Source: a virus. From it: a DNA stretch of 64,000 bases. Numbering within the stretch: the first letter of the stretch is position 1; every line of letters starts with the position of its first letter. The stretch lies in the IMG/VR virus record IMGVR_UViG_3300037313_001959. One strand, 5' to 3'. A program made the position numbers and the translations under genes. The notes under the pieces were generated by a model. It was not told the origin of the DNA. It did not search any database and was given only the letters and a program-made list of their open reading frames with translations. Of this stretch, positions 26,816-36,261 are shown piece by piece.

Positions 26816-27871
26816 TTATTGATCGGTGCCAGGATACAATGTATCTGCGTCAATTGGCATTACGAGATATTGACGTTTGCCAAAACTTTCATCCCGACAT
26901 TTTTGCCAACTTTGATAGTCGCTAATCGCTTTTCCTGACGTAGCTGCGCTTAGCCATTCGACAAATGGTCGGGGATATGTCGAGTTTGCAGTGCGGTATT
27001 TAATGCCATTCACGTCCCCGAGCAGTTCGCGCGCCACAGCCCGGATTAGTGTTAGGTCATTGCGGAAATCGGGTACCGGCGTGCGTGACGCTGATGGATA
27101 ACCATAAAGGCTGGCATATGGGGATACCCTTAAAAGCTTGCGAGCACCTATGGGCGCGGCATACCACCAGCCACCGAGCAGATGGATGCTGTGTTTTACT
27201 GAATCAATAAAAACGCTGTCTGGCGTTATATCATTATGTGTTAATTTGGCAGTCGATTGGAGGTAACAACACAAGGTCGCAAGGCGACTAAAAATCCACG
27301 CTGTCTGCGTGTCTGGAAGCGTACCAAAATGGTTTAATACATCTCGCAAAAGAAGGACATTCTTTGTTTTTCGGATTACAATGACAAATCCTTCGTCTGC
27401 CTCAAAACTTGTCTCTAAGCTGGGCAAAGCTGCGGCGAACTGTTGAGCAGTGGCGGCATCGGGGTATTTGAAGTTTGTTATATGCATTATAGCGTTACGG
27501 AATAGTTGACCGTGATTGCCATTTAATACATATGTGACCGCAGCATCTCCAATATATGTTGTGCCGAGTTCAAATTGCCGTTTAACTCTAAAGGCCCGCC
27601 TTACTGTCCGACCATTTTTTATATGGAACTCATACTTGTTCGAGCACGACCATGCAGGGGTTCCGATTCGCTTTTCAGCCTCATCATATAGGTCTTTGAT
27701 ATGCCGAAAGACTGCGGGCGCTTCTGGCGCTCGGTTGATATCTTCATGCCATAGCATTGCCAATTCGCGAAATTGTTTTTTTGCTGTGTCAGCGTCATTA
27801 TCAAAGAGCTTATCGGGTCGATCCTTAGGAATAGCCAAAAGCTCTTTCGCTGTAAGGTCTTGAATAGCCAT
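26816..27871 (-). CDS. J-domain-like / protein-kinase-like fusion
   Basis: AKKQFRELAMLWHEDIN (J-like; HPD changed to HED); kinase-like C-lobe HNDITPDSVFID...LLGGWW. Confidence 0.7.
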   Translation of the reverse strand: MAIQDLTAKELLAIPKDRPDKLFDNDADTAKKQFRELAMLWHEDINRAPEAPAVFRHIKDLYDEAEKRIGTPAWSCSNKYEFHIKNGRTVRRAFRVKRQFELGTTYIGDAAVTYVLNGNHGQLFRNAIMHITNFKYPDAATAQQFAAALPSLETSFEADEGFVIVIRKTKNVLLLRDVLNHFGTLPDTQTAWIFSRLATLCCYLQSTAKLTHNDITPDSVFIDSVKHSIHLLGGWWYAAPIGARKLLRVSPYASLYGYPSASRTPVPDFRNDLTLIRAVARELLGDVNGIKYRTANSTYPRPFVEWLSAATSGKAISDYQSWQKCRDESFGKRQYLVMPIDADTLYPGTDQ

Positions 27872-27876
27872 TTACT

Positions 27877-28251
27877 CTATCCCGGTTGGTATTTGTTCAT
27901 TTCAGCCCGTCGCGACACCTCGGCGGTGCGCATAGCGTCAAATTGGCTGCGCGCTGCTTCTAGTCTGACACGAGCAAGGTTAGCTGCATGCTTTGCCTCT
28001 ACCATAGCATGAATATGCTGTTTATAGTCGTCGCTCAACAACGCTGCATCTTCGGCATCTCGCCGCGTCATCCTATTGCTAGTGCCGCGGATGCGCAAGG
28101 CAATCTCAGCCCTCACACTGGTCTTAGTTTCTTCAAGGAGTTGCGCTGCCCGTAATTTATCTGCCCAGTCCTCGCCGAGCACACGGATCTCCTCGGCAAG
28201 ACGAAACATCTCGCTGATATTTGCTTCAGGGTTGTCATGGTCGTTTGGCAT
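27877..28251 (-). CDS. Coiled-coil phage protein
   Basis: Probable ATG 28251; heptad-rich. Confidence 0.55.
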   Translation of the reverse strand: MPNDHDNPEANISEMFRLAEEIRVLGEDWADKLRAAQLLEETKTSVRAEIALRIRGTSNRMTRRDAEDAALLSDDYKQHIHAMVEAKHAANLARVRLEAARSQFDAMRTAEVSRRAEMNKYQPG

Positions 28252-28362
28252 GCAGCAACCTAGCACAGACGCTTGGTAACGCCAAAAACAAATTGACGCT
28301 AAGCCTCGGCTATGGCCATTATGGTAAACATAAGTAGTAAACACTATAGTTAAGAGGAACCA

Positions 28363-28764
28363 TTGATGCTTGATAGATATTCCCACTTCGTTGACACACT
28401 GTTGAGCCAGCCGTCTAAGGACTTGGACCTGCTTATCCAACGGTTACGCCAGCTGGAGGAGGAAACCAACGTAAACGTTGCCCGTTTGCTGACCGGTTCG
28501 GACGGCCTCAGCTCTGAATCCGGCGAACTGATGGAAGTGGTTAAGAAAGTATGTTATCAAGGGAAGCCGTTGAGCGAGGAGACAGTTTTCCACCTTAAGC
28601 GCGAATTGGGAGACATTATCTTTTACTGGATGGTCATGTGCCAAGCCTTAAATATGAAGCCCGAAGAAGTGCTGCTTGAGAATATAGCAAAGCTGGAGTC
28701 ACGTTATCCAGGTGGTAAGTTTGAGATTGACCATTCCGAGGTTAGAAAGGCAGGAGATTTATGA
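28363..28764 (+). CDS. mazG: MazG-like nucleoside triphosphate pyrophosphohydrolase
   Basis: GLSSESGELMEVVKK...ELGDIIFY...NIAKLESRYP. Confidence 0.9.
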   Translation: MMLDRYSHFVDTLLSQPSKDLDLLIQRLRQLEEETNVNVARLLTGSDGLSSESGELMEVVKKVCYQGKPLSEETVFHLKRELGDIIFYWMVMCQALNMKPEEVLLENIAKLESRYPGGKFEIDHSEVRKAGDL

Positions 28765-29144
28765 ATGATAGGTTCGGTGTAATATTCCATCCTGGCTTAG
28801 ATCTATCAAAACTAAGCGACGAAGACCTCCACGTCAAAATTACCGAAGTAAACAAGCGGCTGGCGTATGTTAGCCGCTCATTTTTCAATCAGGAAGTCCT
28901 GACGCAGCTTAACAACTTGCAGAATATTATTCTTACAGAGCAGCAGGAGCGTATAGAAAGAGAGCGGTTTAATATCCTTGATGCTAGTCGGCCAAGGATA
29001 ATTGAAACCGAACCCGATTTGCGTGAACCGGATCCAAGGAAGGAACACCTACCAAAGGTTGAAGGACCAAAGCGTAAGATGCACGTGCCGATTATTTTTA
29101 AACACTGGAAGAATAAACCAGGCGATGGAGGGGTTGATAAATAA
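28761..29144 (+). CDS. Hypothetical phage protein
   Basis: ATGA-coupled to mazG; coiled coil. Confidence 0.65.
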   Translation: MNDRFGVIFHPGLDLSKLSDEDLHVKITEVNKRLAYVSRSFFNQEVLTQLNNLQNIILTEQQERIERERFNILDASRPRIIETEPDLREPDPRKEHLPKVEGPKRKMHVPIIFKHWKNKPGDGGVDK

Positions 29145-29250
29145 CCTTGTGTGTAAAATCAATCAAGGCTGCTTTTGATTTACACCTGTGGTTGGGCCCA
29201 ACCCTAATTTAGACAATCGCTTTTGCGTCGCGGACAGTTAGGAGATTGTC

Positions 29251-29937
29251 ATGTCTGATGAACTGTTAGATCCTGACATTTTTGTCAGACTCAGCCTTGC
29301 CTTCCATGGTATAAAGGTCGTCCGAAACCACTATGTTGCCGGCAACTGGGAGTTTACGTTGGATGTTATGCCAGCGAGTGAACTTTCGATCAACAGCAAT
29401 GAAATCTGTGGTGCTTTTGCTAAGATGAAATATTGGGTAGAGGAGATTGTAAACGGCTCGCTTATGTTCGCCCATTCGAATAAATGGGCAGTAAATCAGT
29501 TTTTCGGAGAACACCAGAAGGAATTAGTAGCAAATAATATTGTTCTTCTACCCGGACCGGTGTCGGATGATCTGATAGCCAAGATACTTCATGCAAAACT
29601 AACCGCGCTATCAAACAATAGCCTTATTGTCGGTCCAATCGAACTATGCAGCGCAGATGGCTTAGGCATATCTATTTTCTATACTGGTGAGAATTCAGAC
29701 CTGCCCCCAATAGAGCAGTGGGTCGGCAAGCGATCGTTTTTCGACAAGCCATGGTGGGACAGAGATGATAGCTCGACACTGGATATTGTGCCGTCTGCAG
29801 CCGACAACATAGCAGTTAAGCCCCACTTTGCGGAATCCCTTGATTTCCTAGTAACGCCCCCTCGGAAAAAAAGGCGCAAGAAGGCCGATGTAATACGGCA
29901 CAACTTCCGACCAAATATCATAAACGGTGGTTCATAA
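29251..29937 (+). CDS. Hypothetical phage protein
   Basis: GGAG SD; 228-aa ORF. Confidence 0.65.
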   Translation: MSDELLDPDIFVRLSLAFHGIKVVRNHYVAGNWEFTLDVMPASELSINSNEICGAFAKMKYWVEEIVNGSLMFAHSNKWAVNQFFGEHQKELVANNIVLLPGPVSDDLIAKILHAKLTALSNNSLIVGPIELCSADGLGISIFYTGENSDLPPIEQWVGKRSFFDKPWWDRDDSSTLDIVPSAADNIAVKPHFAESLDFLVTPPRKKRRKKADVIRHNFRPNIINGGS

Positions 29938-30223
29938 TCGGTTGAATTGGGATCACCACTATCCATATGAAGTAATAATTGAAGTCAGCCTTAACGGATT
30001 AAATCCATTTTTTCTTTGGGTGCCAAAGGGTGGCTATACAAAGCTTGTCCTTACAAAAGACCTGGACAGATGGTTGGATGAAATGATTACAGGCGTCTAT
30101 CATTTCGATAACGTTTATAGCTTTCATCTCGACGCCGACGGAAACCCCTATACGAAATCGAATTTTGTCATCACGTTCGAACACAAGCGCGATGCGATGT
30201 TATTCAAACTTGCATGGGCCTGA
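29927..30223 (+). CDS. Small FKL-motif family protein
   Basis: Ends ITFEHKRDAMLFKLAWA. Confidence 0.7.
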   Translation: MVHNRLNWDHHYPYEVIIEVSLNGLNPFFLWVPKGGYTKLVLTKDLDRWLDEMITGVYHFDNVYSFHLDADGNPYTKSNFVITFEHKRDAMLFKLAWA

Positions 30224-30226
30224 TGG

Positions 30227-30757
30227 ATGCAGAAATTGAAAGGACGATGGGTAGACGACTATGGAGTTGTCGTCTTCAACACTGATGGCATTATAAAGCA
30301 CCTCCTTAATGGCGGTGGACTTGACGGCATAGCCTCAGACGCTGGCGAGGATGTAGAACAATTTATACGTTTCTGTCTAAGTTGGCACAATCCACCCTCG
30401 TTACAGCATTATACTCCTAATACCGAGCCACTTCATGTTTTCCATAAAAAACGCCAGCAAACATGGTTTGTCCCCGAATCTTACCAAAAGATTGACGTCG
30501 ACAAATGGTTGTTTGGGCGGTGCTCAAACATGCACGAGGTTGCAAGGGTTACGATGGAGTTAAAGCTATTTAAAGAACGCGACATGTATCCAATATTAAG
30601 GATGTTGATCTACCTCGTTGACTTTATGCGCTCACACAATATTGTCTGGGGCGTCGGGCGTGGCTCAAGCGTAGCGTCGTTCTGCCTTTATCTTATTGGT
30701 ATTCATAAAATCAATAGTTTCAAGTATGATCTTGATATTCGCGAATTCCTGAAATAA
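30227..30757 (+). CDS. Short DNA polymerase III alpha (DnaE)-like fragment
   Basis: RVTMELKLFKER...YLVDFMRSHNIVWGVGRGSSVASFCLYLIGIHKINSFKYDLDIREFLK matches DnaE GPGRGS...YDLLFERFL. Confidence 0.82.
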   Translation: MQKLKGRWVDDYGVVVFNTDGIIKHLLNGGGLDGIASDAGEDVEQFIRFCLSWHNPPSLQHYTPNTEPLHVFHKKRQQTWFVPESYQKIDVDKWLFGRCSNMHEVARVTMELKLFKERDMYPILRMLIYLVDFMRSHNIVWGVGRGSSVASFCLYLIGIHKINSFKYDLDIREFLK

Positions 30758-30790
30758 TGCAACGTAAATAGGCACATTATTGCGTAAGGA

Positions 30791-31168
30791 GTGATTATGC
30801 GAAACCGAATAAGAATTCAGCATCGGTCGATGCGTGGCAAAATCGTCGATATGGAGGCGCTGCGCACCCGCCACGCTGAAAGTCCAGCAATTGGCAATGC
30901 AAAGATGAATGCCCGTGGCGATGTAATTGCGAGGGATGGGACCATCATAGTACCACGTGAACAGATCGTTCAGGCATACTACGCGTCAAATCCTCAGGGT
31001 GTTAAACATGCATCATTAAAGCAGGCGTCTGCGGAGGCATTTGAAACACCACAGCAAGCTGTTGAGCGCCTCACCAAACAGATTAATAGCCAACAAAATC
31101 CACCTGACCAGCCAGGTAATATACTGGATAAAACTAAATTTAGAAAAATGGTCGATAAGCCAGACTGA
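30791..31168 (+). CDS. Hypothetical phage protein
   Basis: HRSMRGKIVDM...GNAKMNARGD; AAGGAG SD; GTAAATA upstream. Confidence 0.65.
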   Translation: MIMRNRIRIQHRSMRGKIVDMEALRTRHAESPAIGNAKMNARGDVIARDGTIIVPREQIVQAYYASNPQGVKHASLKQASAEAFETPQQAVERLTKQINSQQNPPDQPGNILDKTKFRKMVDKPD

Positions 31169-31210
31169 CGTTGAAAGCTTTCAAATTTTAATCTAAATTA
31201 GGAACACTAA

Positions 31211-31528
31211 ATGAGCCTTACGACGATAATTGCGAACGATATTACGCCGATCAAATCCGTTGTCCTAGTTCGCGACATGGAGCATGGCGATAAAGTCACT
31301 AGAGGAGGATTGATTATCCCGGACGATGACATGACAGAACGAGGGATTCGGCCTCGCGTCTGTACTGTCTACAAGGTGGGTAGGGAAGTTGATTTTGTGC
31401 GCCCTGGCGATAGGATTCTTGTGTCACATGGTCGCTGGACACGAGGTGTTGAAATGGATGTAGATGGTGGCACGTTCACTATGCATATGGTTGATAACAA
31501 GGATATTTTGACAATTATAGACGATTAG
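31211..31528 (+). CDS. groES: GroES-like co-chaperonin
   Basis: PIKSVVLV...KVTRGGLIIPD (mobile loop)...VYKVG...VRPGDRILV. Confidence 0.85.
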   Translation: MSLTTIIANDITPIKSVVLVRDMEHGDKVTRGGLIIPDDDMTERGIRPRVCTVYKVGREVDFVRPGDRILVSHGRWTRGVEMDVDGGTFTMHMVDNKDILTIIDD

Positions 31529-31537
31529 GACTGAGGT

Positions 31538-31750
31538 ATGGCTTTTGGGCAGTGGTTAAAAGAGGAAGGATGGACAGTTGTAACACTTTCGGCTGATAAA
31601 GCACTCGAGTTTTATTTTCTGGACCAAAACGAAATTACGGAATGGCTGAACGAAGCAGTCGCCGACGATGACTGGCAGAGAATCAGCTTTCGAACGCTCG
31701 CGTTCCGTGATTTAGGCACCGCGGTTTTGTTCAAACTGTCATGTTGTTGA
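31538..31750 (+). CDS. Small FKL-motif family protein
   Basis: Ends LAFRDLGTAVLFKLSCC. Confidence 0.68.
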   Translation: MAFGQWLKEEGWTVVTLSADKALEFYFLDQNEITEWLNEAVADDDWQRISFRTLAFRDLGTAVLFKLSCC

Positions 31751-31756
31751 GGTATA

Positions 31757-32704
31757 ATGCCTGGCATTTCGCTGTGGGTGGAAGCATATCGTCCCGCTAC
31801 CCTTAAAGGATATGTGTTCAAAGATCACAACATTGAACGAAAGGTGAAGGAATGGTTGGCAAATCCAGACAAAAAACGCATCCCTATTCCGCACATTTTA
31901 TTAACCGGAGTTCAGGGTACTGGGAAAACAACACTCGCAAGGATAATCGTTAAAGAACTCGGTGTCGACAAATCAGACGTAATGGAAATTAACGCGTCAC
32001 GCGAATCCAATGTCGAAACGGTCAGGAGTAAGATTGTTACCTTCTGCTCTACATGGCCTAATGGCGCGTATAAGGTCATTATCCTTGATGAGTTTGATGG
32101 TTTCGGCCATGCAGCTCAACGTATCTTGCGCGGCGAAATGGAAAAATATGCAGAAACCGTCCGATTTATAGCGACAGGTAACTACGCAAATAAGATCCTG
32201 CCAGCAATCCTGTCTCGCTTCCAGTCCTTCCATTTTGACGCGCTTGATAGCGAATCCTATTTCAACCGCCTCATTGAAATTCTTGGCAATGAGAAGGTTA
32301 CCTACGAAATGGACGATCTAATCAAGTATTATCATGCTGCATATCCCGATCTCCGCAAAGGCATCAATCTTCTCGAACTTCACACGCACGATGGCAAGCT
32401 ATATCCGCTTGAGGATGCTGCAACGTCGCTGGATTATATGAATGACTGCATAACACTTTTTCAGGAGAGGAAATTCACCGAAGCTCGTAAGCTAATTTGT
32501 TCACAAGCGCGGACTGAGGATTATGAGGACATCTACAGATTCTTATACAAAAATCCTGAAATGTTTGGATCAGATCCCGAAACGCAAAGTCAGGCGATAA
32601 TAGTAATCGCAAGATACCTGTATAACCACGCGGTGGTAGCCGACGCGGAAATTAATCTCGCGGCATGTATCGCTGCATTAAGCCGACTAAGAACTACTCA
32701 GTAA
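31757..32704 (+). CDS. Clamp loader AAA+ subunit (RFC small / T4 gp44-like)
   Basis: WVEAYRP, Walker A GVQGTGKT, EINAS, IILDEFD, AQRILR, ILSRF, YPDLRKGIN. Confidence 0.93.
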   Translation: MPGISLWVEAYRPATLKGYVFKDHNIERKVKEWLANPDKKRIPIPHILLTGVQGTGKTTLARIIVKELGVDKSDVMEINASRESNVETVRSKIVTFCSTWPNGAYKVIILDEFDGFGHAAQRILRGEMEKYAETVRFIATGNYANKILPAILSRFQSFHFDALDSESYFNRLIEILGNEKVTYEMDDLIKYYHAAYPDLRKGINLLELHTHDGKLYPLEDAATSLDYMNDCITLFQERKFTEARKLICSQARTEDYEDIYRFLYKNPEMFGSDPETQSQAIIVIARYLYNHAVVADAEINLAACIAALSRLRTTQ

Positions 32705-32727
32705 ATACTCAACCTGCGTTTGGTCCA

Positions 32728-32734
32728 CTAAATA
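32728..32734 (+). promoter_or_regulatory. CTAAATA late-promoter-like motif upstream of phoH
   Basis: Exact heptamer in the intergenic gap. Confidence 0.5.
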
Positions 32735-32777
32735 TTCTTGAGCAGCCAGTTTATCAACCCTTCTCAGGAGTCTGACA

Positions 32778-33551
32778 GTGGCCAAACGCGCTAAAAGGGC
32801 ATCTCATATAAATCCCCGTCAGGATCGCAATTTTCCGAAATATCCAGCTTTTAGAAATACCCGTGGTTACCAAAATTACAGTGATAATGTAATCGATTTT
32901 CCAAGTGTGACTTACAAAAAGCAGTTAGAAATCATACCGCGAAATTTGAATCAAGAAGAGCTAATGGCTCAAATTGAAGGCGGCGAAAAAGATGTCATCT
33001 TTGCGATCGGTCCCGCAGGATCTGGAAAAACGATGATAGCTACTCTCGAAGCTATCCGGATGTTGAGGAAGGGCCAAATAGAAAAGATAGTGATCACTCG
33101 ACCGACAGTGGCTGTTGACGACAACGGAATAGGTTACCTTCCAGGCGATGCAAATCAAAAGATGCTGCCTTGGATGTTGCCGGTTTTAGATGTATTCAGG
33201 GAATACTATACGAAACGGGAGCTAGATGCGCTTATTGAAAGCGGTGTAGTAGAGATGGTTCCCATGGCTTTCATTCGCGGCCGCACGTTTAAGTCCAGTT
33301 TTATACTTGTTGATGAAGCCCAAAACACTACACCATCTTCAATGCTGTCAGCGCTTACGCGTATTGGAGAAGGAAGCAAGATGGTTATAACTGGCGACAT
33401 AAGGCAGAGCGACCGTGGCAGCCATAACGGTCTTTCTGATTTCCTAAACAGGTACCGAGAAACAAGCCGGATTGTCCTGGTCGAATTCGGTTACAAAGAT
33501 GTTGTCAGACATCCTGTCATTGCAGAGATACTTGATCTTTACGAGACCTAA
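32778..33551 (+). CDS. phoH: PhoH-family ATPase
   Basis: GPAGSGKT, ITRPTV, GYLPG, FIRGRTF, DEAQNTT, LTRIGEGSKMVITGD, VVRHPVI. Confidence 0.96.
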   Translation: MAKRAKRASHINPRQDRNFPKYPAFRNTRGYQNYSDNVIDFPSVTYKKQLEIIPRNLNQEELMAQIEGGEKDVIFAIGPAGSGKTMIATLEAIRMLRKGQIEKIVITRPTVAVDDNGIGYLPGDANQKMLPWMLPVLDVFREYYTKRELDALIESGVVEMVPMAFIRGRTFKSSFILVDEAQNTTPSSMLSALTRIGEGSKMVITGDIRQSDRGSHNGLSDFLNRYRETSRIVLVEFGYKDVVRHPVIAEILDLYET

Positions 33552-33609
33552 AAAATAAGGTTGGTGGTCAACTTCTGACCACCAACATTTAACGTGAGGC
33601 AAAGGAGTT

Positions 33610-34266
33610 TTACGTACTCTCATCATCATAGTCGGCCATTGATGGCCGTGGCCGCCTGCTCGCCACGGCATACGGGTTTGGCGCCGGCCTGCTGAACGGT
33701 GGCCGTTGTGGCTGCACTCTTGCGCCGGGCTTTGCATACCGATCGTCCTGAGGCTGTTCTTCGCCCTTACGTGGACGATAGAACATGATAGTTTTCGCTT
33801 TGAGGATATTTCTAGGCTCTATGCCGTTATCGGTCATTACAGTTGTTTTGCTCATCAACTTCTTGCCGCGAGGATTGGGCTTTACGACAACGGGAATTAG
33901 AAGGTTGTTTTTCGGATCTTTTAGCTGATAGCCATGGCCATCGGGTGGATAATCGCCAGGACCAGGAAAGGATGCGAACTTTACTAAGTCTTGTGCGTAG
34001 CCAAGAGAAGGATCTGTTCGAGCCTTAAGCAGTAGATTTTGGACTTCAGCAGGAGTGAAGTCGGTGTTTTCGTGGGATAGTCGCCCACTGCTATCACCTT
34101 GTGCGCGACCGCCAAAATGTTGATTTGTCGGCAGGTTCAATTTAAGAACAGGGCCACCAGCCTGCACTGCATTAGGTGGCATGTAAACTGCTCTGTTGAG
34201 GCGTAATTCGATTCCTTTAATATCAGTTGGACTAAGGTCCTCGAACAACTCACACAGCCTCATCAT
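33610..34266 (-). CDS. Hypothetical phage protein
   Basis: MMRLCELFED N-terminus, GGAG SD, ATAAATA upstream (34288-34294). Confidence 0.65.
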   Translation of the reverse strand: MMRLCELFEDLSPTDIKGIELRLNRAVYMPPNAVQAGGPVLKLNLPTNQHFGGRAQGDSSGRLSHENTDFTPAEVQNLLLKARTDPSLGYAQDLVKFASFPGPGDYPPDGHGYQLKDPKNNLLIPVVVKPNPRGKKLMSKTTVMTDNGIEPRNILKAKTIMFYRPRKGEEQPQDDRYAKPGARVQPQRPPFSRPAPNPYAVASRRPRPSMADYDDEST

Positions 34267-34357
34267 ACTCTCCTATCAAAACTTAAATATTTATGTATAA
34301 AGCTTTGGCGGAAGCTATAAGTCTTGGCTGTTCCTTTGTTTGTTGTTACATTTCCGC

Positions 34358-35617
34358 ATGAGTGTAATCCAGCCCTATAGTATCTACCGTAGATCACCTG
34401 ACTCCCCTTGGTGGGTAAGGTTTTCGATTCGTGGACAAGGACAAATCCGGCTTGCGCTGGGTACCACCGATCCGGACGATGCCAAACTTAAAGCGCATGA
34501 GTTGTGGTTTGAAGCACACCATAAGGCGAAGCTTGGCCTAAACAATAAAGCTAAGCCGTTTGCAGTAGTTGCCGAGGAGTTTATCAAGCTCCTCCAGGAC
34601 GAAGCCAAGCGTGGTGAACGGCGCCAATTCCAAGTTTATCAATATATAAGAATTATTGAACGCTATTTCCTCGGATTCTTCCACAATCGAAGAATTGGCG
34701 ACGTGGAAAACCCAGACATTGTTAGGTATCTCGAGTGGCGAGCGAACTACTGGATCTCTGGCCCTGGTAAAGATATCAGGCTAACAACTTACATTCGTAA
34801 TGGCGTGCAAATTAGAAAACCGATAACACACAAAATGAGGAAGGCGCCATCTCGTGGCACGATAAGCCAGGAAGCAGTGCTTCTGCGAATGCTTTTCAAA
34901 CAGGCGTCAAAATGGGGCTATATCAAATTACATCAGATCCCGGATATAGAAGTTAAGCCAGTTCTACCAAATCCGAGGCCGACCTTTGATATAGATGAAT
35001 TCAAAATATTAGAACAGGTTAGCCTGCAGCGAGTGATCGAACCTAGATTGAACCGGAATGTGAGACGGGACCGGACACTTTTGCACTGTCACCTAATGAT
35101 TGCTAGTTTCACTGGAATGCGACCAACCGAACTTAAAAACCTAAATTGGGGTGATATCCTACGTTACAGTAAAGGGCGCTTAAAAGCAATTGGTGATCGC
35201 GATCTAAGGATTAGGGCGCGCGGGAAAGGCAAGTCGCGGACTTTGATACCAATGCTTGCCGCTCTGCCGTTTTTCGATCTACTATGGGATTTATGGGTCA
35301 TCGACCACGGGACAGAACCGGATGATTCATTCCCTGTATTCTCAAGCCTTTCCGGAAAGAGGATAGAATCGCAAAAGAAAGGTTTGAATGAACTATTAAA
35401 GGCTGCTGGTTTAATTGCCGACTTCCTAGGAGTCAAACGGACATCCTATTCCTTTAGACATTTTTATATCACTCAACAGTTAATGGCCGGCGTCGACGTA
35501 TTTCTTGTAGCAAAGAACACCGGTACCAGCCCCCAAATGATTGATAAGTTTTACGGCCACGTCAAACTTGAACTCATGGCAAATGAGTTACGCCCTGCTT
35601 GGAAGGCAAGAAGCTAA
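34358..35617 (+). CDS. Tyrosine recombinase / integrase
   Basis: Arm-binding-like N-terminus (YRRSPDSPWWVRFS); catalytic R (TGMRPTE), K (GKGK), HxxR variant (YSFRH), Y (FYGH). Probable ATG 34358 (track TTG 34340). Confidence 0.92.
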   Translation: MSVIQPYSIYRRSPDSPWWVRFSIRGQGQIRLALGTTDPDDAKLKAHELWFEAHHKAKLGLNNKAKPFAVVAEEFIKLLQDEAKRGERRQFQVYQYIRIIERYFLGFFHNRRIGDVENPDIVRYLEWRANYWISGPGKDIRLTTYIRNGVQIRKPITHKMRKAPSRGTISQEAVLLRMLFKQASKWGYIKLHQIPDIEVKPVLPNPRPTFDIDEFKILEQVSLQRVIEPRLNRNVRRDRTLLHCHLMIASFTGMRPTELKNLNWGDILRYSKGRLKAIGDRDLRIRARGKGKSRTLIPMLAALPFFDLLWDLWVIDHGTEPDDSFPVFSSLSGKRIESQKKGLNELLKAAGLIADFLGVKRTSYSFRHFYITQQLMAGVDVFLVAKNTGTSPQMIDKFYGHVKLELMANELRPAWKARS

Positions 35618-35620
35618 ATA
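35614..35620 (+). promoter_or_regulatory. CTAAATA motif overlapping the integrase stop, upstream of the 35656 gene
   Basis: Exact heptamer 36 nt before the ATG. Confidence 0.5.
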
Positions 35621-35655
35621 TCCATATTGCGTGCTATTTTACGTCAGGAGTGTCC

Positions 35656-36261
35656 ATGCCTGTTGACTTCATAAAGAGATTGAGCGACAGTGCATCATTG
35701 ACTGATATTCTGATCCAGATGGAATCGTTTCTCGACGACCTCGACATGTATGTTTTCAAAAATTGGTTCGAAGGCGAGGTTGTTGACGGACCAACTATTG
35801 AAAGGCATTGGGTGTCTATGATATTAAAGTACCCCTATGCCAAGATGCCTGATCCTGAAGGTGGCATGCGTTTGTTAAAATATGGCGCAATTGTATCATT
35901 TGCACGTGCCAAAGAAGAGGACACTGAGGATCACGAAGATCGGGATATCAGCGACATAAACTCGAAAATGCCAGTTCGAGGGAACGATACCGAAAATGCT
36001 CTTGCAAGGAAATCACCGCAACTAAAAGATGTGTGGCTTGTTTCTATCAAAATCCCACGCCATTTTATAGACGAGCTACAGCAAATGAACAATGATCTTG
36101 ATTCAGAAGCAGACGCTGAGCATGTGCAGGCTGCGAAGGATGCTGATTTGCAGGCGAAAGACGCCTACAGCAGCGATGTAGCTGACGACAGTGTCGCTAC
36201 GCAAGACAGCCTAACCGGTGAAGCCGATCAACAAGCTATGAATGCGAGGCCACCATCATGA
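35656..36261 (+). CDS. Hypothetical acidic phage protein
   Basis: AGGAG SD before ATG 35656; coupled to the next ORF. Confidence 0.7.
   Translation: MPVDFIKRLSDSASLTDILIQMESFLDDLDMYVFKNWFEGEVVDGPTIERHWVSMILKYPYAKMPDPEGGMRLLKYGAIVSFARAKEEDTEDHEDRDISDINSKMPVRGNDTENALARKSPQLKDVWLVSIKIPRHFIDELQQMNNDLDSEADAEHVQAAKDADLQAKDAYSSDVADDSVATQDSLTGEADQQAMNARPPS

Noticed and set aside
27877-28251. UvsY recombination mediator
   Set aside because: Only generic coiled-coil resemblance; no diagnostic residues could be confirmed by eye.
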